Positions 26,449 to 37,385 are shown, numbered from the stretch's first letter. The stretch: 64,000 nt of DNA from Microgenomates group bacterium Gr01-1014_7 (GCA_007376405.1 VMGD01000005.1:2372-66371); one strand, 5' to 3'. The notes: generated by a model not told the origin, from the sequence alone. Program-made: numbers and translations.

Positions 26449-27486
26449 CTACACCAAAGATACAACTGCCTGCTTAAAATTTTTAACAAAGTTTTCTTTA
26501 CTAAAACGGTCCGCATTTTCTTTGCAGTCAGCAGGGTTAATTTTCTTTGAATCTAATTTTTTAATTGCGCCTGCTAATGATTCTACCGATTGAGTATCAA
26601 AAAAAAGTCCCGTTTTATTATCAATAACGGTTTCCACAACTCCTCCATCACGAAAAGCGATCACCGGTTTACCTAAAGCCTGTGCTTCCAGCACGACTAA
26701 CCCAAAATCTTCAATTCCAGGAGTAATTAATGCTCTGGCACCGGCCAAAATATTAACAACCATTTCATCGCTTAAATTTCCCTGTATAATTTTTAATTCT
26801 ACTCCTAAATTTTTGCACGCTGCCTCTGCCAGATCAAATCTTTTATAAATATTGGGCCTTCCTACTACTACAAAATATCCTCCGTCCCAGCCAGGGGCTG
26901 GTCCGCCTCTGGTGGAAAAAGTTTCTATATTTTTAAATCTTGCTAGATCTATAAAAGGATAAACTACTTTTGAATCTAACCTGTAAATTTTTTTTATTCT
27001 TTTTCTGGCATTTTCCGACCCGGCTAAAAAGAAATCCACACGGCGTGCAGCCACCTGATCGTAAATCCGCAGCTTAGTCATTAACAATTCTCCAATTCCA
27101 TAATTCCCTTCGCCTGAAAAATGCCATAAAAACCGTGGGGGGGTATGACAGTAACTTATATGTATTGTTCCGGGCTTTGTAATTACTGATTTGGCAAATC
27201 TGGTGGTGTGAGAAATTACCAGATCATATCCGGAAAAATCAAACTGTTCAAAAGCAATCGGATAAAAGGGGAGTAATGCCTTATAAAGACTCCTCCACCC
27301 GGGAATTTTCTGTAAAAAAGACGTGATAATTTTTTTTGATCCAAATCTTTTTACTAACTCCTGATTAGAAGCATCATAAACCGAAGTAAAAATTGGTGCA
27401 TCAGGATATATTTCACAAATCCCCTCCAAAATCCTCTCCGCCCCACCCCACTGCACCAGATCATCATGGACTATTGCAACCCGCAT
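26449..27486 (-). CDS. Glycosyltransferase family 4
   Basis: VAIVHD...GGAERIL, YCHTPPR, EDFGLVVLEAQALGKPV. Confidence 0.92.
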   Translation of the reverse strand: MRVAIVHDDLVQWGGAERILEGICEIYPDAPIFTSVYDASNQELVKRFGSKKIITSFLQKIPGWRSLYKALLPFYPIAFEQFDFSGYDLVISHTTRFAKSVITKPGTIHISYCHTPPRFLWHFSGEGNYGIGELLMTKLRIYDQVAARRVDFFLAGSENARKRIKKIYRLDSKVVYPFIDLARFKNIETFSTRGGPAPGWDGGYFVVVGRPNIYKRFDLAEAACKNLGVELKIIQGNLSDEMVVNILAGARALITPGIEDFGLVVLEAQALGKPVIAFRDGGVVETVIDNKTGLFFDTQSVESLAGAIKKLDSKKINPADCKENADRFSKENFVKNFKQAVVSLV

Positions 27487-28586
27487 TTTGTGTATACCTC
27501 CAAAGTCTGTCCTGCCATCTTTTTCCAGCTAAAAAGCTTCACTCTGTTTTTGCCTTTTTCTATTAACTTTTTTCTTAAATTAACATTTTTCAGAACCTGA
27601 GAAATTTTGTTGACCATATCGTCTATCTTATTAGGGTCAAAATAAATCGCCGCTTTCCCTGCCACCTCCGGCAACGAGGCTGTATTGGAAGTTACAACGG
27701 GACAACCAAGCGCCATTGCCTCTAAAACAGGTAATCCAAATCCTTCTTCAAAAGAGGGGATTATCAAACACTCTGCATTTTTATACAAAGCAACAAGTTC
27801 TTCATCCGTCACAAATCCTGCATAAATTATCCCTTTCTCCTGCTGATCTTTTTTTATTCTTTGCCAAAAATAACTATCCCCTCCTGCCAAAATAAGTTTC
27901 AAATCCGGATTTGTCTCTCTTAATTTCAAAAACGCGGTAATCAACCCCTCCACATTTTTATGCGGATGGGCATTACCAACATAAAATGTATATGGAGGTT
28001 TTATATCAAATTTATCCAAAACTTTTTTACTTTTTACTTTTGACTTTAAACTTATTATTCTTTCATCAACCGCTTCCGGTGTAACGACTATTTTTTCAGA
28101 ATCCACCCGCCATTCATTAATTAGAAGCTCTCTCACGGAGTTTGATGGAACTAGAATTTTGCAGGATTTGGTTACAGCATTCTTAAAAACTCTTTTATAT
28201 CCAAATTGCTTTATTTTAAAAGTAAAAGGATTAAGGGTGGTTGCTCTTTTCATCTGATGATGCTGGTGAATAAGATCATGAATTGTTACCACAAATTTTC
28301 CGCTGTAAAAAATAGGGACATTAAAATGGGGAAAATGTACCAGATCAAACCGGTGTTTTTTTAACAGTTTAGGCAATTGAAACTGTTCGGCAAACCCATA
28401 CCATTTAAAATTAGCCTCTGACTTATTAAAGTTTCCTGCTTGTTTAAAATTATCCAGGTCTTTTGGCAAAAGAAATATAAAATACTCATTCTCTTTATCC
28501 AGCACCTGAAGATTACTAATAAGATTGCGCAAATACCTGCCTACTCCGGACTCATTTAAAAACCTGGCATCAATACCAATTTTCAT
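27471..28586 (-). CDS. Glycosyltransferase family 4
   Basis: MKIGIDAR, TIHDL, PHKN, EGFGLPVLEAMALG. Confidence 0.93.
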   Translation of the reverse strand: MKIGIDARFLNESGVGRYLRNLISNLQVLDKENEYFIFLLPKDLDNFKQAGNFNKSEANFKWYGFAEQFQLPKLLKKHRFDLVHFPHFNVPIFYSGKFVVTIHDLIHQHHQMKRATTLNPFTFKIKQFGYKRVFKNAVTKSCKILVPSNSVRELLINEWRVDSEKIVVTPEAVDERIISLKSKVKSKKVLDKFDIKPPYTFYVGNAHPHKNVEGLITAFLKLRETNPDLKLILAGGDSYFWQRIKKDQQEKGIIYAGFVTDEELVALYKNAECLIIPSFEEGFGLPVLEAMALGCPVVTSNTASLPEVAGKAAIYFDPNKIDDMVNKISQVLKNVNLRKKLIEKGKNRVKLFSWKKMAGQTLEVYTKCGLQ

Positions 28587-29774
28587 TTATTTTTTGCCCA
28601 ATTCTTCATAAATCTGAGAGAGTTTTCCGGCTATTTGATCCCAGTTGTATTTCTGTTTTACTAATTTTCTTGCATTGTCTGCAATTTTTTTGGCAAAAGA
28701 TGGATTTTTAATTAGCTCAATTGCCGCCCTGGCAATATCTTCCGGGGTATCCCTGATAATTACTTCAACCCCATCTCTGGCATTTGTTCCCCCAATCCCA
28801 ATCGATGTTGTTACAACCGGCAAACCGGAAGCAAATGCCTCAAAGTTTTTATATCTGGTACCACCTCCCCCGTAAATTGGTGCAACCAAAACCCTAGCAG
28901 CTTGATAAACTTCTCTTACATCTACTACTTCATCAACCCTAATATCTGACGACTTCAAACTATTAAAGAAATTTTTGGCATCTTTGCCAATGATCCATAG
29001 TTTTGCATTGGGCATTTCTGCAGAAATAACAGGCCAAATCTTACTTACCAGAACCTTAACTGCTTCTCTATTTTGCAGCCAGGTGAAATTTCCCAGATAT
29101 AAAATAATTGGATTTTTTGATCTGTTTGCAACAGCAGTATTAAAATAATCTATATCCACCCCGTTCGGGACAATATCCGCATCCAGGCCGGGTAACTGAA
29201 ATTTCATAGTTTTTTTGTCCTCCTCGGACATAGCCACAACTTTTGCCGATTTATCCCAGAATTTCTTCTCCCAGAATTTAAGCTTTGCCACATCCACATA
29301 TAAAAAAGGTTTTAATGGAAAAACAGGAAACTCATCAACAAAATGTTTATAAACTAAATATTCAATAGTTTGCTCAACCAGCAGAATTGGAATTTGTGTC
29401 TTTGGAATATGCGGCATAACATAAAAAGTTTCCGCGTGAATTAAGTCAAAATCTTCTTTTTTTAATCTTTCCTCAATTGCTCCCCTTTCTCCCCTGGCCC
29501 AATTTCTGATAACTAAAAACGGGTAAACCGAGAAAGCAGTTCTTAAAATATTGTTTAATGTCCAGGGTCTTTCCGGTCTATTAAAAACTCTAACCTCTTT
29601 ACAGAATTTCTCCAGTTCCGATACATACTCTTTTTCATTTTCATTTTTTACCAGACAAAAAAGGGTAATCTCATGACCCAAAGCAGATAATCTTTTAATC
29701 AGGTTATATGACCTGGTCTGTCCACCGGTCAAAAGAGGGTAAGGTAAGTATGGAGTTAACATTAACACCTTCAT
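28587..29774 (-). CDS. Glycosyltransferase family 4
   Basis: PYP..TGGQTR, VPNGVD, GGGTRYK.FEAFASGLPVV. Confidence 0.92.
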   Translation of the reverse strand: MKVLMLTPYLPYPLLTGGQTRSYNLIKRLSALGHEITLFCLVKNENEKEYVSELEKFCKEVRVFNRPERPWTLNNILRTAFSVYPFLVIRNWARGERGAIEERLKKEDFDLIHAETFYVMPHIPKTQIPILLVEQTIEYLVYKHFVDEFPVFPLKPFLYVDVAKLKFWEKKFWDKSAKVVAMSEEDKKTMKFQLPGLDADIVPNGVDIDYFNTAVANRSKNPIILYLGNFTWLQNREAVKVLVSKIWPVISAEMPNAKLWIIGKDAKNFFNSLKSSDIRVDEVVDVREVYQAARVLVAPIYGGGGTRYKNFEAFASGLPVVTTSIGIGGTNARDGVEVIIRDTPEDIARAAIELIKNPSFAKKIADNARKLVKQKYNWDQIAGKLSQIYEELGKK

Positions 29775-31237
29775 GGTTCTGAATCCTCTGGTGTCAGTGG
29801 ATTAGTTATTACTCTTAAATCGGCTATGACAAAACGTGGATTATCTTCCAGTATTTTAAAATGCCTTAGTACCCAGTTTGTTTTATTATCTCTATTTACA
29901 GAAATATAGTGAGTAACTCCGTAATCCGTAACAAGTTCCATTAAGGGTAGTGCCTCTACAGCCCATCCGGGCCTATTAATCTGATATAAAAAAGCTGTGT
30001 CACCGTTATATGGAGCAACCACCATTGCTTCTTTTGGCAAAATTTGGTCGGCAAATTTTCCCGCCTCTATTATGGGCGGATTATTAATTTTATAAAGCTC
30101 TTTTACTTGAGTCCATGTAAAATAAAATGTAAGAATTAAAAATAAGGTGGCAAGTAGTATTGTCCAAATCCGGGGAAGAAAAGTATTTGCTCCTTTAATT
30201 AAACTGACAAATCCCAAACTAACAAAAACGGAAGCAATCGGAGTAAAGATAAATTGGTAATAATCATGACGGACATTGCCGGTTGCAAAAATTACAAAAT
30301 ATAAAAACATAGCTAGTGCCCAAACATGTAGAAAGAAACTGCCGTTTCTGGGACGCATAATAAGACCCAAAAAGAATAAAAATGCTCCGGTTACCCCCAA
30401 GATTTCCCTGCCTATCCTTTCCGATACAATCCACCACCAGAAAGCAGGACGGAAACGAATCCCGTCGCCATTCATAAGCCAACTTGAAGCCGGAATTCCC
30501 TCAGGAAAATTTAGTATCCAAAATCTCCATAATATAAACGGCATTAGAGAAAGTACTGCAAAAAGAATAAAACTCTTCGGAATTTTTTTAATAGAACCAT
30601 ATTTAACAAATAAAGAATAGATAAGCGGAGGTACAAAAAAGATCGCCCATGGTTTAATTAAGAAGGCAATTGCCGTAAAGATAAATCCCCAAAACCCCCA
30701 TTTTCCCCCTCCTTCCCATATCCATCTATCCACAAAGCAAACCATCCCTAAAGCAAAGAATAAAAAAGTTGGCTCAGGAAGGGTTGTCCTTGAAAAAAAT
30801 ACATTAAATGGCAACAATGCATAAATTGCCGCCGTCAGTAAAGATACTGCAACTCCCAAATATCTTTTACAAATTAAATATAGAAAAACTATACTGCCCA
30901 GAGAAAACAGAATAGAAACCAGCCGGTCATATTTAATATCTATTCCATAAATCAAATACAGAGGATAAACTGCAATATTATAAACAGGAAATTCAACAAA
31001 ACGGAAACGGTTTAAATTGGCAATAGGATTTTCGGAAACCCCTGACATATCATCATACTTTGGAAAAAAAGGATTAAATCCTTCCTTGATAAAGTTTCTG
31101 GTAACCGAGGCTGTATCCACCTGTCTCCATGAATGCCAATCTGCCACAGGTGAATCAATCTTATAAATCCTTACAATGAAAGCTAAAATTAATATTAATG
31201 CTAACCAAAAAAATTGATTCTTAAAAAGATTTAACAT
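29771..31237 (-). CDS. GT-C (ArnT/PMT-like) membrane glycosyltransferase
   Basis: WRQVDTA, EFPVYN, FSRTTLPE, HDYYQ; multiple TMs; start moved to ATG 31237. Confidence 0.82.
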   Translation of the reverse strand: MLNLFKNQFFWLALILILAFIVRIYKIDSPVADWHSWRQVDTASVTRNFIKEGFNPFFPKYDDMSGVSENPIANLNRFRFVEFPVYNIAVYPLYLIYGIDIKYDRLVSILFSLGSIVFLYLICKRYLGVAVSLLTAAIYALLPFNVFFSRTTLPEPTFLFFALGMVCFVDRWIWEGGGKWGFWGFIFTAIAFLIKPWAIFFVPPLIYSLFVKYGSIKKIPKSFILFAVLSLMPFILWRFWILNFPEGIPASSWLMNGDGIRFRPAFWWWIVSERIGREILGVTGAFLFFLGLIMRPRNGSFFLHVWALAMFLYFVIFATGNVRHDYYQFIFTPIASVFVSLGFVSLIKGANTFLPRIWTILLATLFLILTFYFTWTQVKELYKINNPPIIEAGKFADQILPKEAMVVAPYNGDTAFLYQINRPGWAVEALPLMELVTDYGVTHYISVNRDNKTNWVLRHFKILEDNPRFVIADLRVITNPLTPEDSEP

Positions 31238-32657
31238 ATTTTTCAAATCTGGATGCAGCCAGTGCAAGACCTAAAATCATCCAGAAAAGCGATGCCACCT
31301 TTGATGCCTCAAAAACATCAATGAATAACCCATTTACCAAAAATGCTATCAACATAGACAGTACGCCTGCAGAAAAAAATTTAATTAATTTATTTTCATT
31401 TTTAAGACTTTGAAAAATCCTCTTTGCTATTTCAGTTAAAATTAATATAAAAGCCAGAGTTCCCAAAATGCCAACTTCTCCCAAAGACCTCAAAATATCA
31501 TTATCGGTTGCTATATCAATTGAGGAATATCCGCTGCCAAGTAGCGGATTTTTTGTAAAAGCTGCAATGGCCCTGGGCCATTCTATGTTAAGTCTTATCT
31601 GAAAGGATCTATAAACACCCAATTGTGTTGTATCTATAGGTTCTCCCGGAGTAATATCTGTAGCAATACCGGAAGATGTAGCAAATGTTGAAGTTTGGGC
31701 TGAAGTACTCGATGTTTTTACTGCCAAAGTGGGAATGTTTAGTTTACTTCTAATTTGTTGGTCTTCTGTTTTACCTTCATATCTTTGGCCCTGATGAAAT
31801 AAATTAACAGTCACAGTAGAAACAAGTCTGTCCCGGAGCTGTGAAGGATAAATTAAAAGGGCTAGGGCAACAATAGCTATAACCAAAATATATTTTTTCT
31901 TTTTTGAAAATAAAAGGGCTGCAGCAATCCCTACAAAAGCAGCCACAAACGAGATCCTTGCCGCAGTCATTATCAAAACCAGGAGGGAAAATAAGCCTAA
32001 TATTAAAATCCAAAATTTAATGGCATAATTTTTAAAAGCAAAAAACAAAGCTGTGACACAAGTTAAAACCATGGCCAGAAAAACTGCCAGATCATAATGT
32101 CCGGCAAAGGTTGAGTTAACTCTTGCATCAGGAGTAAGGCGCAAAATTAAACCCTTTGAAAACTCGGAATTGGTGGTAGAAATAACAGGCCAGTCAAGAT
32201 ATTGCTGACCCAGCGCGTATAAATTAACTGCCAAAACAGTTAGAAATAAAAATACCAGTATCCAATTAAATTTCTTTTTGCTTTTTATTACTGAGACCAC
32301 AACAGGCAAAAGCATCATAAACTCCACTCTTCTTAAAAAGTGAAATATTGTCAGATTAAAACTAACAGTATGTGTTAGAAATACTGCGGAAAATGAGGAA
32401 ACTGCGCCTATGAAAAAAAATACCAGTATCGCCTGATTTAGTTTATCCCTTAAAAAAACTCTTAGCTGATTTGATAACACTAAATAAATTCCCCAAAGCG
32501 AAACTGTTAAACCGATAATTAAATCCTCTAATCTTATGGCTACAAATGTGCCTTGGATATTTAATAGAGGAAATTTCGGATAAAGCGGAATAAAAACAAA
32601 CAGGAATAAAACAAGATAAAATAATACATTTTCGAGAATTAACAGACGTTTTCCCAT
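31221..32657 (-). CDS. O-antigen ligase/Wzy_C family membrane protein
   Basis: RVNSTF, TAARISF, R..IEWPRAI, PLLGSG, DNDILR.LGEVGILG. Confidence 0.8.
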   Translation of the reverse strand: MGKRLLILENVLFYLVLFLFVFIPLYPKFPLLNIQGTFVAIRLEDLIIGLTVSLWGIYLVLSNQLRVFLRDKLNQAILVFFFIGAVSSFSAVFLTHTVSFNLTIFHFLRRVEFMMLLPVVVSVIKSKKKFNWILVFLFLTVLAVNLYALGQQYLDWPVISTTNSEFSKGLILRLTPDARVNSTFAGHYDLAVFLAMVLTCVTALFFAFKNYAIKFWILILGLFSLLVLIMTAARISFVAAFVGIAAALLFSKKKKYILVIAIVALALLIYPSQLRDRLVSTVTVNLFHQGQRYEGKTEDQQIRSKLNIPTLAVKTSSTSAQTSTFATSSGIATDITPGEPIDTTQLGVYRSFQIRLNIEWPRAIAAFTKNPLLGSGYSSIDIATDNDILRSLGEVGILGTLAFILILTEIAKRIFQSLKNENKLIKFFSAGVLSMLIAFLVNGLFIDVFEASKVASLFWMILGLALAASRFEKYVKSF

Positions 32658-32659
32658 AT

Positions 32660-33205
32660 TTAAATTAAAATTTTCCTTCCCAGTTTATAAAGAAAATAAA
32701 TCGAAGCAATGATTCCCATCCAAACTATAATTCTGACAAAATAATTTGATGGATAAAATCTCAAGGTTGTCTTGGTAAACCAGCCATGTCCGTTAACCTC
32801 AAATTTAGTGGATCCCCAAAATTTTGGAGTTCCATCAGAGTAAAACGGTTCAAAACCATTGACATAGAAAGAATTTCTTAGGGGATACACTAATTCTTCA
32901 AGAAAAGTTGAGTCTGTATGTTTTTTTATGGCAATCCATGAATATTCAGGCGGACGGTTTATTCTAATGGGCGGGAAAGGTAGTCTTGATTTTTCCTGAT
33001 AATTTGAAACATAAAAAGGTACTATAAATTCCCGGAAATTATTGGAAAAATATCCTGCAACATTTGGAATTTGCCAAGTATCTCCTGCTAAATCTGATTT
33101 ATCAGAGCTGGGTAATGATTTGAAATCGGAAATTTTGGAGGGTCCCGGCCAAAGCATATAGACAAGAAGAAACGCTGAAAAGATTATATATAGCTTTTTT
33201 GTCAT
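32660..33205 (-). CDS. Hypothetical membrane protein
   Basis: N- and C-terminal TMs; ATGA overlap with the upstream gene. Confidence 0.75.
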   Translation of the reverse strand: MTKKLYIIFSAFLLVYMLWPGPSKISDFKSLPSSDKSDLAGDTWQIPNVAGYFSNNFREFIVPFYVSNYQEKSRLPFPPIRINRPPEYSWIAIKKHTDSTFLEELVYPLRNSFYVNGFEPFYSDGTPKFWGSTKFEVNGHGWFTKTTLRFYPSNYFVRIIVWMGIIASIYFLYKLGRKILI

Positions 33206-33804
33206 TGAAACAACCTTGCTCTCCCAACTCTATATTTGGGATCTTTTAACTTTCTTTCGCCTATTATCTCTGCCGGTATTCCTCCAACAATTACAAACTC
33301 CGATACATCTTTTGTCACTACTGCTCCGGCTGCTACAACTGCTCCTTTACCAATCCTGACACCAGGAAGGATAATTGCTCTTGGTCCGATAAAGACGTAA
33401 TCCCCTATTTCTACAGAGCCGGTTATAGCACGAAAATCTTCCGAGTTTATATCATGTTCGGAAGTATAAATCATCACCTCGGATGCAATATCAACATGGC
33501 TACCAATCGTAATCTTATCTCGCCCATCCAAAAATACGCCATATCCAATAACTGAATCTTCTTCTATTTTAAGTTTTTTTAAAGAAAAAAAACGGCAATC
33601 CATGTGGATGCTTGAATATTTACCGATTTTTGCGCCGGCAATCCTCATTAAAAATCGGCGTAGGTGATGAGAAGGAATATTTACCAATAAGTGAAGCACG
33701 AACAGACTGAAATCAGCCATATAATTATACAATCTGTTGCCCACCTTTCCCTGAGCTTCTTCGAGAGTTAATTCTCTGCCCATCCGATCATGAAATATAG
33801 CCAT
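33202..33804 (-). CDS. Hexapeptide-repeat O-acetyltransferase
   Basis: IGDYVFIGPRAIILPGVRIGKGAVVAAGAVVTKDV; start at ATG 33804 supported by a -10 box 6 nt upstream. Confidence 0.9.
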   Translation of the reverse strand: MAIFHDRMGRELTLEEAQGKVGNRLYNYMADFSLFVLHLLVNIPSHHLRRFLMRIAGAKIGKYSSIHMDCRFFSLKKLKIEEDSVIGYGVFLDGRDKITIGSHVDIASEVMIYTSEHDINSEDFRAITGSVEIGDYVFIGPRAIILPGVRIGKGAVVAAGAVVTKDVSEFVIVGGIPAEIIGERKLKDPKYRVGRARLFQ

Positions 33805-33844
33805 AGGTAAATTATATCGCAAAGCGATACAAGAAGTGAAACGA

Positions 33845-34966
33845 TTATATCAGTTCGAAGACTTTCAAAACAGTTTTCGTTGTTTTTTCCCAGGAAAATT
33901 TTTTGGCTTGCTCAATTCCTGCTTTCGAATATTTTTGTTGCAGCTTTTTATCGCTGATTATTGTTCTTACTGCCTGCTCTATTTGATCAACAGAATATGG
34001 ATCAACTAAAAATCCGGCATTGCCCACCAGCTCAGGTAGTGAGGAAACATTAGAAACAATAACCGGGGTTCCACAAGCCATGGCTTCCAAAACAGGTATA
34101 CCAAATCCCTCCCAAAGAGAGGGTAAACAAAAAGCTGTTGCACCCGATATTAGATATGGCAATTCCTTTATCGGTACAAAACCCGTAAAGATTACTTTAT
34201 CCTCTATTCCTAATCTTTTGGGAGTCTGCAAAATATCCTCATACATCCAACCCTCTCTACCCTCTCCTTTTGTTTTTCCCACCACCACCAGATTTAGTCC
34301 CTCAATCCTTGAAACCGCCTCTATCAATCTTATTAAATTTTTTCTTGGCTGAATAGTCCCTATATATATTATGTAGCTATCTTTTATCTTATATTTCTTT
34401 TTTATTTGCTTAATTCTTAATTCTGAATTCTTAATTCTAAATTCTTCTCTATCATATCCCGGATAAGCCACAGTTATTTTATCTTTGCTTATTCCATATT
34501 GCTTCATAATATCCTGCTTTGAGAAATTGGAAATAGTAACAATATGATCGGCGTTTTCAATAGAAAATTTAGTCCAGTTTTTAAGCTGCCACAAATCTTT
34601 TTTTGTAAACATTTCGGGAAAATGCAGGAAAGATAAGTCAAAAATAGTACATATCCGTTTTATTCCTGATGGGCAAAATCCGGGAATATAATGAGTAGGA
34701 GAAAAAAGTATATCCGGTCTTTTGCGATTTAAATACAATGCTGCAGGCAAAGCAATTCTTGTCCAAAGTCTTAAAGGCTTAAGAATTTTATACTTCCATC
34801 CCGGCCGCTCTGGTGGCAGGTCCCCAAGCGGGGGAGAGGGAAGTAAAATTGTATAGTCATTTTTACTGTCAATACGCTCAAGTGTGCGAATTAACTCAAA
34901 CGCAACCTGCGATGATCCAAGTCGCTGCCCCACATTAGCCTCATATCCATCAATCCAAATTTTCAT
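33845..34966 (-). CDS. Glycosyltransferase family 4
   Basis: GTIQPRKN, PSLWEGFGIPVLEAMACG. Confidence 0.93.
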   Translation of the reverse strand: MKIWIDGYEANVGQRLGSSQVAFELIRTLERIDSKNDYTILLPSPPLGDLPPERPGWKYKILKPLRLWTRIALPAALYLNRKRPDILFSPTHYIPGFCPSGIKRICTIFDLSFLHFPEMFTKKDLWQLKNWTKFSIENADHIVTISNFSKQDIMKQYGISKDKITVAYPGYDREEFRIKNSELRIKQIKKKYKIKDSYIIYIGTIQPRKNLIRLIEAVSRIEGLNLVVVGKTKGEGREGWMYEDILQTPKRLGIEDKVIFTGFVPIKELPYLISGATAFCLPSLWEGFGIPVLEAMACGTPVIVSNVSSLPELVGNAGFLVDPYSVDQIEQAVRTIISDKKLQQKYSKAGIEQAKKFSWEKTTKTVLKVFELI

Positions 34967-35979
34967 CCTACAAGCCTCCTGTAAACTTCTGCTGTTTGCT
35001 GGGCTGTTTTTTCCCAGGAAAATTTCTTAACTTGCTCAAAGCCTTTTTTAACAAATTCTTTTCTCAAATCTTTATCCTCCATCAGTATCTCCAACTTCCT
35101 TTTCATTTCAGTGGTATTTAGTGGATCAACATAGATAGCAGCTGCTCCGCCTACTTCAGGCATTGAGGAAACATTGGAAGTTATAACAGGAATGCCACAA
35201 GCAAATGCATCAACTATTGGCAGTCCAAATCCCTCATAAAGGGAGGGGTAAAGCAGCACTGTTGCACCACTGTACAAAAGTTCCAGCTCATCAATACTTA
35301 ACCAGGGGATAGTTTGCCCGGAAATTACCAGATTATAATCTTTAGCAGCTTCTTTAACTGCTTTTAAATTTCTCCTCTCCCCTATCCCTCCAATTGCCAA
35401 AATATAGGCTTCAGGCAATCCGTATTTTTTTCTAAATTTTTCTATTTTTACTTTAGCTTGAGGTTTAAAATCGGAAGTTGGCGCCTCATAAATAACAATA
35501 ATTTTTTCTTCCGGAATATTGGAAACTTCCATCAGGTCTCTTTTTGTAGACTGCGAAACGGCAATTACAATATCTATTTCTTTTTCTACAATCTTCAGTC
35601 TTCTTTTATGAACAGCCACAATTTTGGGGTGTGACCACCGGGGGTATTTTAAGGCTACAACATCATGATAAGTAGTAACTTTCTTAGCTTTGGCAGGAGG
35701 CTGTGTCCAATCGGATGAATGAAAAATATCAAGTGGACCTAAAAACTTCTCAATAGGAACATTTCTCCATCTGTTAAAAAGCATTTCAAAAAATGTTGGA
35801 GGCAATCTATATCTCTTAACATTTTTAAGTTTTCCCGAGTATGGCTTTCTTAAAGAAGAATAAAAATAAACCATTTCCAGCTCTTTAATTTTAGAAAGCT
35901 CGCGGGTTAAATTTTGAGTATAGGTAACTACTCCACCCAAATGAGCAATTTGTGAAATGTCCATACCAACCCGTAACAT
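34963..35979 (-). CDS. Glycosyltransferase family 4
   Basis: [23 protein letters not shown]. Confidence 0.92.
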   Translation of the reverse strand: MLRVGMDISQIAHLGGVVTYTQNLTRELSKIKELEMVYFYSSLRKPYSGKLKNVKRYRLPPTFFEMLFNRWRNVPIEKFLGPLDIFHSSDWTQPPAKAKKVTTYHDVVALKYPRWSHPKIVAVHKRRLKIVEKEIDIVIAVSQSTKRDLMEVSNIPEEKIIVIYEAPTSDFKPQAKVKIEKFRKKYGLPEAYILAIGGIGERRNLKAVKEAAKDYNLVISGQTIPWLSIDELELLYSGATVLLYPSLYEGFGLPIVDAFACGIPVITSNVSSMPEVGGAAAIYVDPLNTTEMKRKLEILMEDKDLRKEFVKKGFEQVKKFSWEKTAQQTAEVYRRLVG

Positions 35980-35996
35980 CAGTCAATTGTATCAGA

Positions 35997-37385
35997 TTAC
36001 TGTGGTTTTCGGCGCAAAATATCCGTTGTTCCAACTTGGTCTATTGGCTCGTAATTTTGCTGAATATATTGATCAATTTCCTTTGCAAATTCGGTAATCG
36101 GCTGATCTTCTATCTTAACAGTTCTATCAGAAACTATAATTTCCGGCTGATCCTTCTTAATACCCTCTAAAATTCTTTTCTCCGCCACTTTATAAAACCA
36201 TGGGAATTGAAATACAAAAACATCTCCTGCGGGTAAAACTTGAGACATCTGATAAAGATGAGGCGCTGCTCCAAAAACAAATATCTTATCATTCGGTTTT
36301 GTATGCTGCATGACTTTATTTGCTATTGCATAAGTTGATTGATCAAAAAAGAAAACTTTATCGCCTAAATGTCCTTTATAAGCGGAGCTTGCAACATCTT
36401 TGATGTTATAAAAAATATTTAACCACCATATTGCAATCAGCATATAGCCAATTATCAAAATTTTCCCTAATTTACCCAATCCCCCTAATTTCCCTAATCC
36501 ATACACCGTTGCCAAAACAGCAAAAGGTAATGCCGGCTGAAAATGGACAAAATCAAATCTTGTTGAGAGTCCCATCAAACTACCAACCAAAAAAATCAAA
36601 AGTATCGTAACTGATCTCTCTTTGATTCTAAGTAGTGCAATAAAAGCGCTACCAAAAACCAAAGCTACCCTTGAAAGATGGGCAAACGAAGGCATTTCCC
36701 CTCTGCCATATTGGGCAAAAACTGTTAAGTTAAAAATTACTGTCCAATAAAAAAAATCACTAAACACTCCTATGCTTATTAAATAAATTATCATTAGAAA
36801 AATAGGTATCACTAAACCAATAAAAAAGTCTCTCATTTTTTTAAACTCTCTACTCTCCCACCAAACATAAAATGCTAATAAAGCAGCGAGGGGAATCATC
36901 ACTTGCTTAAAAACAACTACTAAACCTATTAGTATCCCGCTAATGAAAAACTTTCTGTTATATAGAGAATAAAAGGCCGGTAATAAAATAAGTGGTAAAA
37001 AAGAGTCTATCCACAAAACCCATCCTTCAAAGAAAGGCTGCCACAAAAAGTATAAAAGATTTACTAATAGAGCTTTATAACCATTTTTTAAAATAGATCT
37101 TGATATAAAAAATAAAAATAGATGAGTAATTAATACAATACTTATTAACCAAATTCTTGCACTAATTTCATTTGTCATTCCCAGGTTATCAAAATTAATT
37201 GGCAAGAACATTAAACCCGGGAAATGCTGATCCAAAATTTGAAAGTAGGGCAGAAGTCCATGGTTTGTTAAATACGGATAAATAAAAAGTTCAGGATAGG
37301 GGAAAAATATTAGTTTAGTAAGTAAAAAGCCGTGAACCAGTAAGATTAAACCAAGTAAAAAATATTGTAAATTATTCTTTGACAT
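35997..37385 (-). CDS. GT-C-like membrane protein
   Basis: PY..ILDQHFPG, FKQ, multiple TMs, C-terminal soluble domain; start moved to ATG 37385. Confidence 0.72.
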   Translation of the reverse strand: MSKNNLQYFLLGLILLVHGFLLTKLIFFPYPELFIYPYLTNHGLLPYFQILDQHFPGLMFLPINFDNLGMTNEISARIWLISIVLITHLFLFFISRSILKNGYKALLVNLLYFLWQPFFEGWVLWIDSFLPLILLPAFYSLYNRKFFISGILIGLVVVFKQVMIPLAALLAFYVWWESREFKKMRDFFIGLVIPIFLMIIYLISIGVFSDFFYWTVIFNLTVFAQYGRGEMPSFAHLSRVALVFGSAFIALLRIKERSVTILLIFLVGSLMGLSTRFDFVHFQPALPFAVLATVYGLGKLGGLGKLGKILIIGYMLIAIWWLNIFYNIKDVASSAYKGHLGDKVFFFDQSTYAIANKVMQHTKPNDKIFVFGAAPHLYQMSQVLPAGDVFVFQFPWFYKVAEKRILEGIKKDQPEIIVSDRTVKIEDQPITEFAKEIDQYIQQNYEPIDQVGTTDILRRKPQ

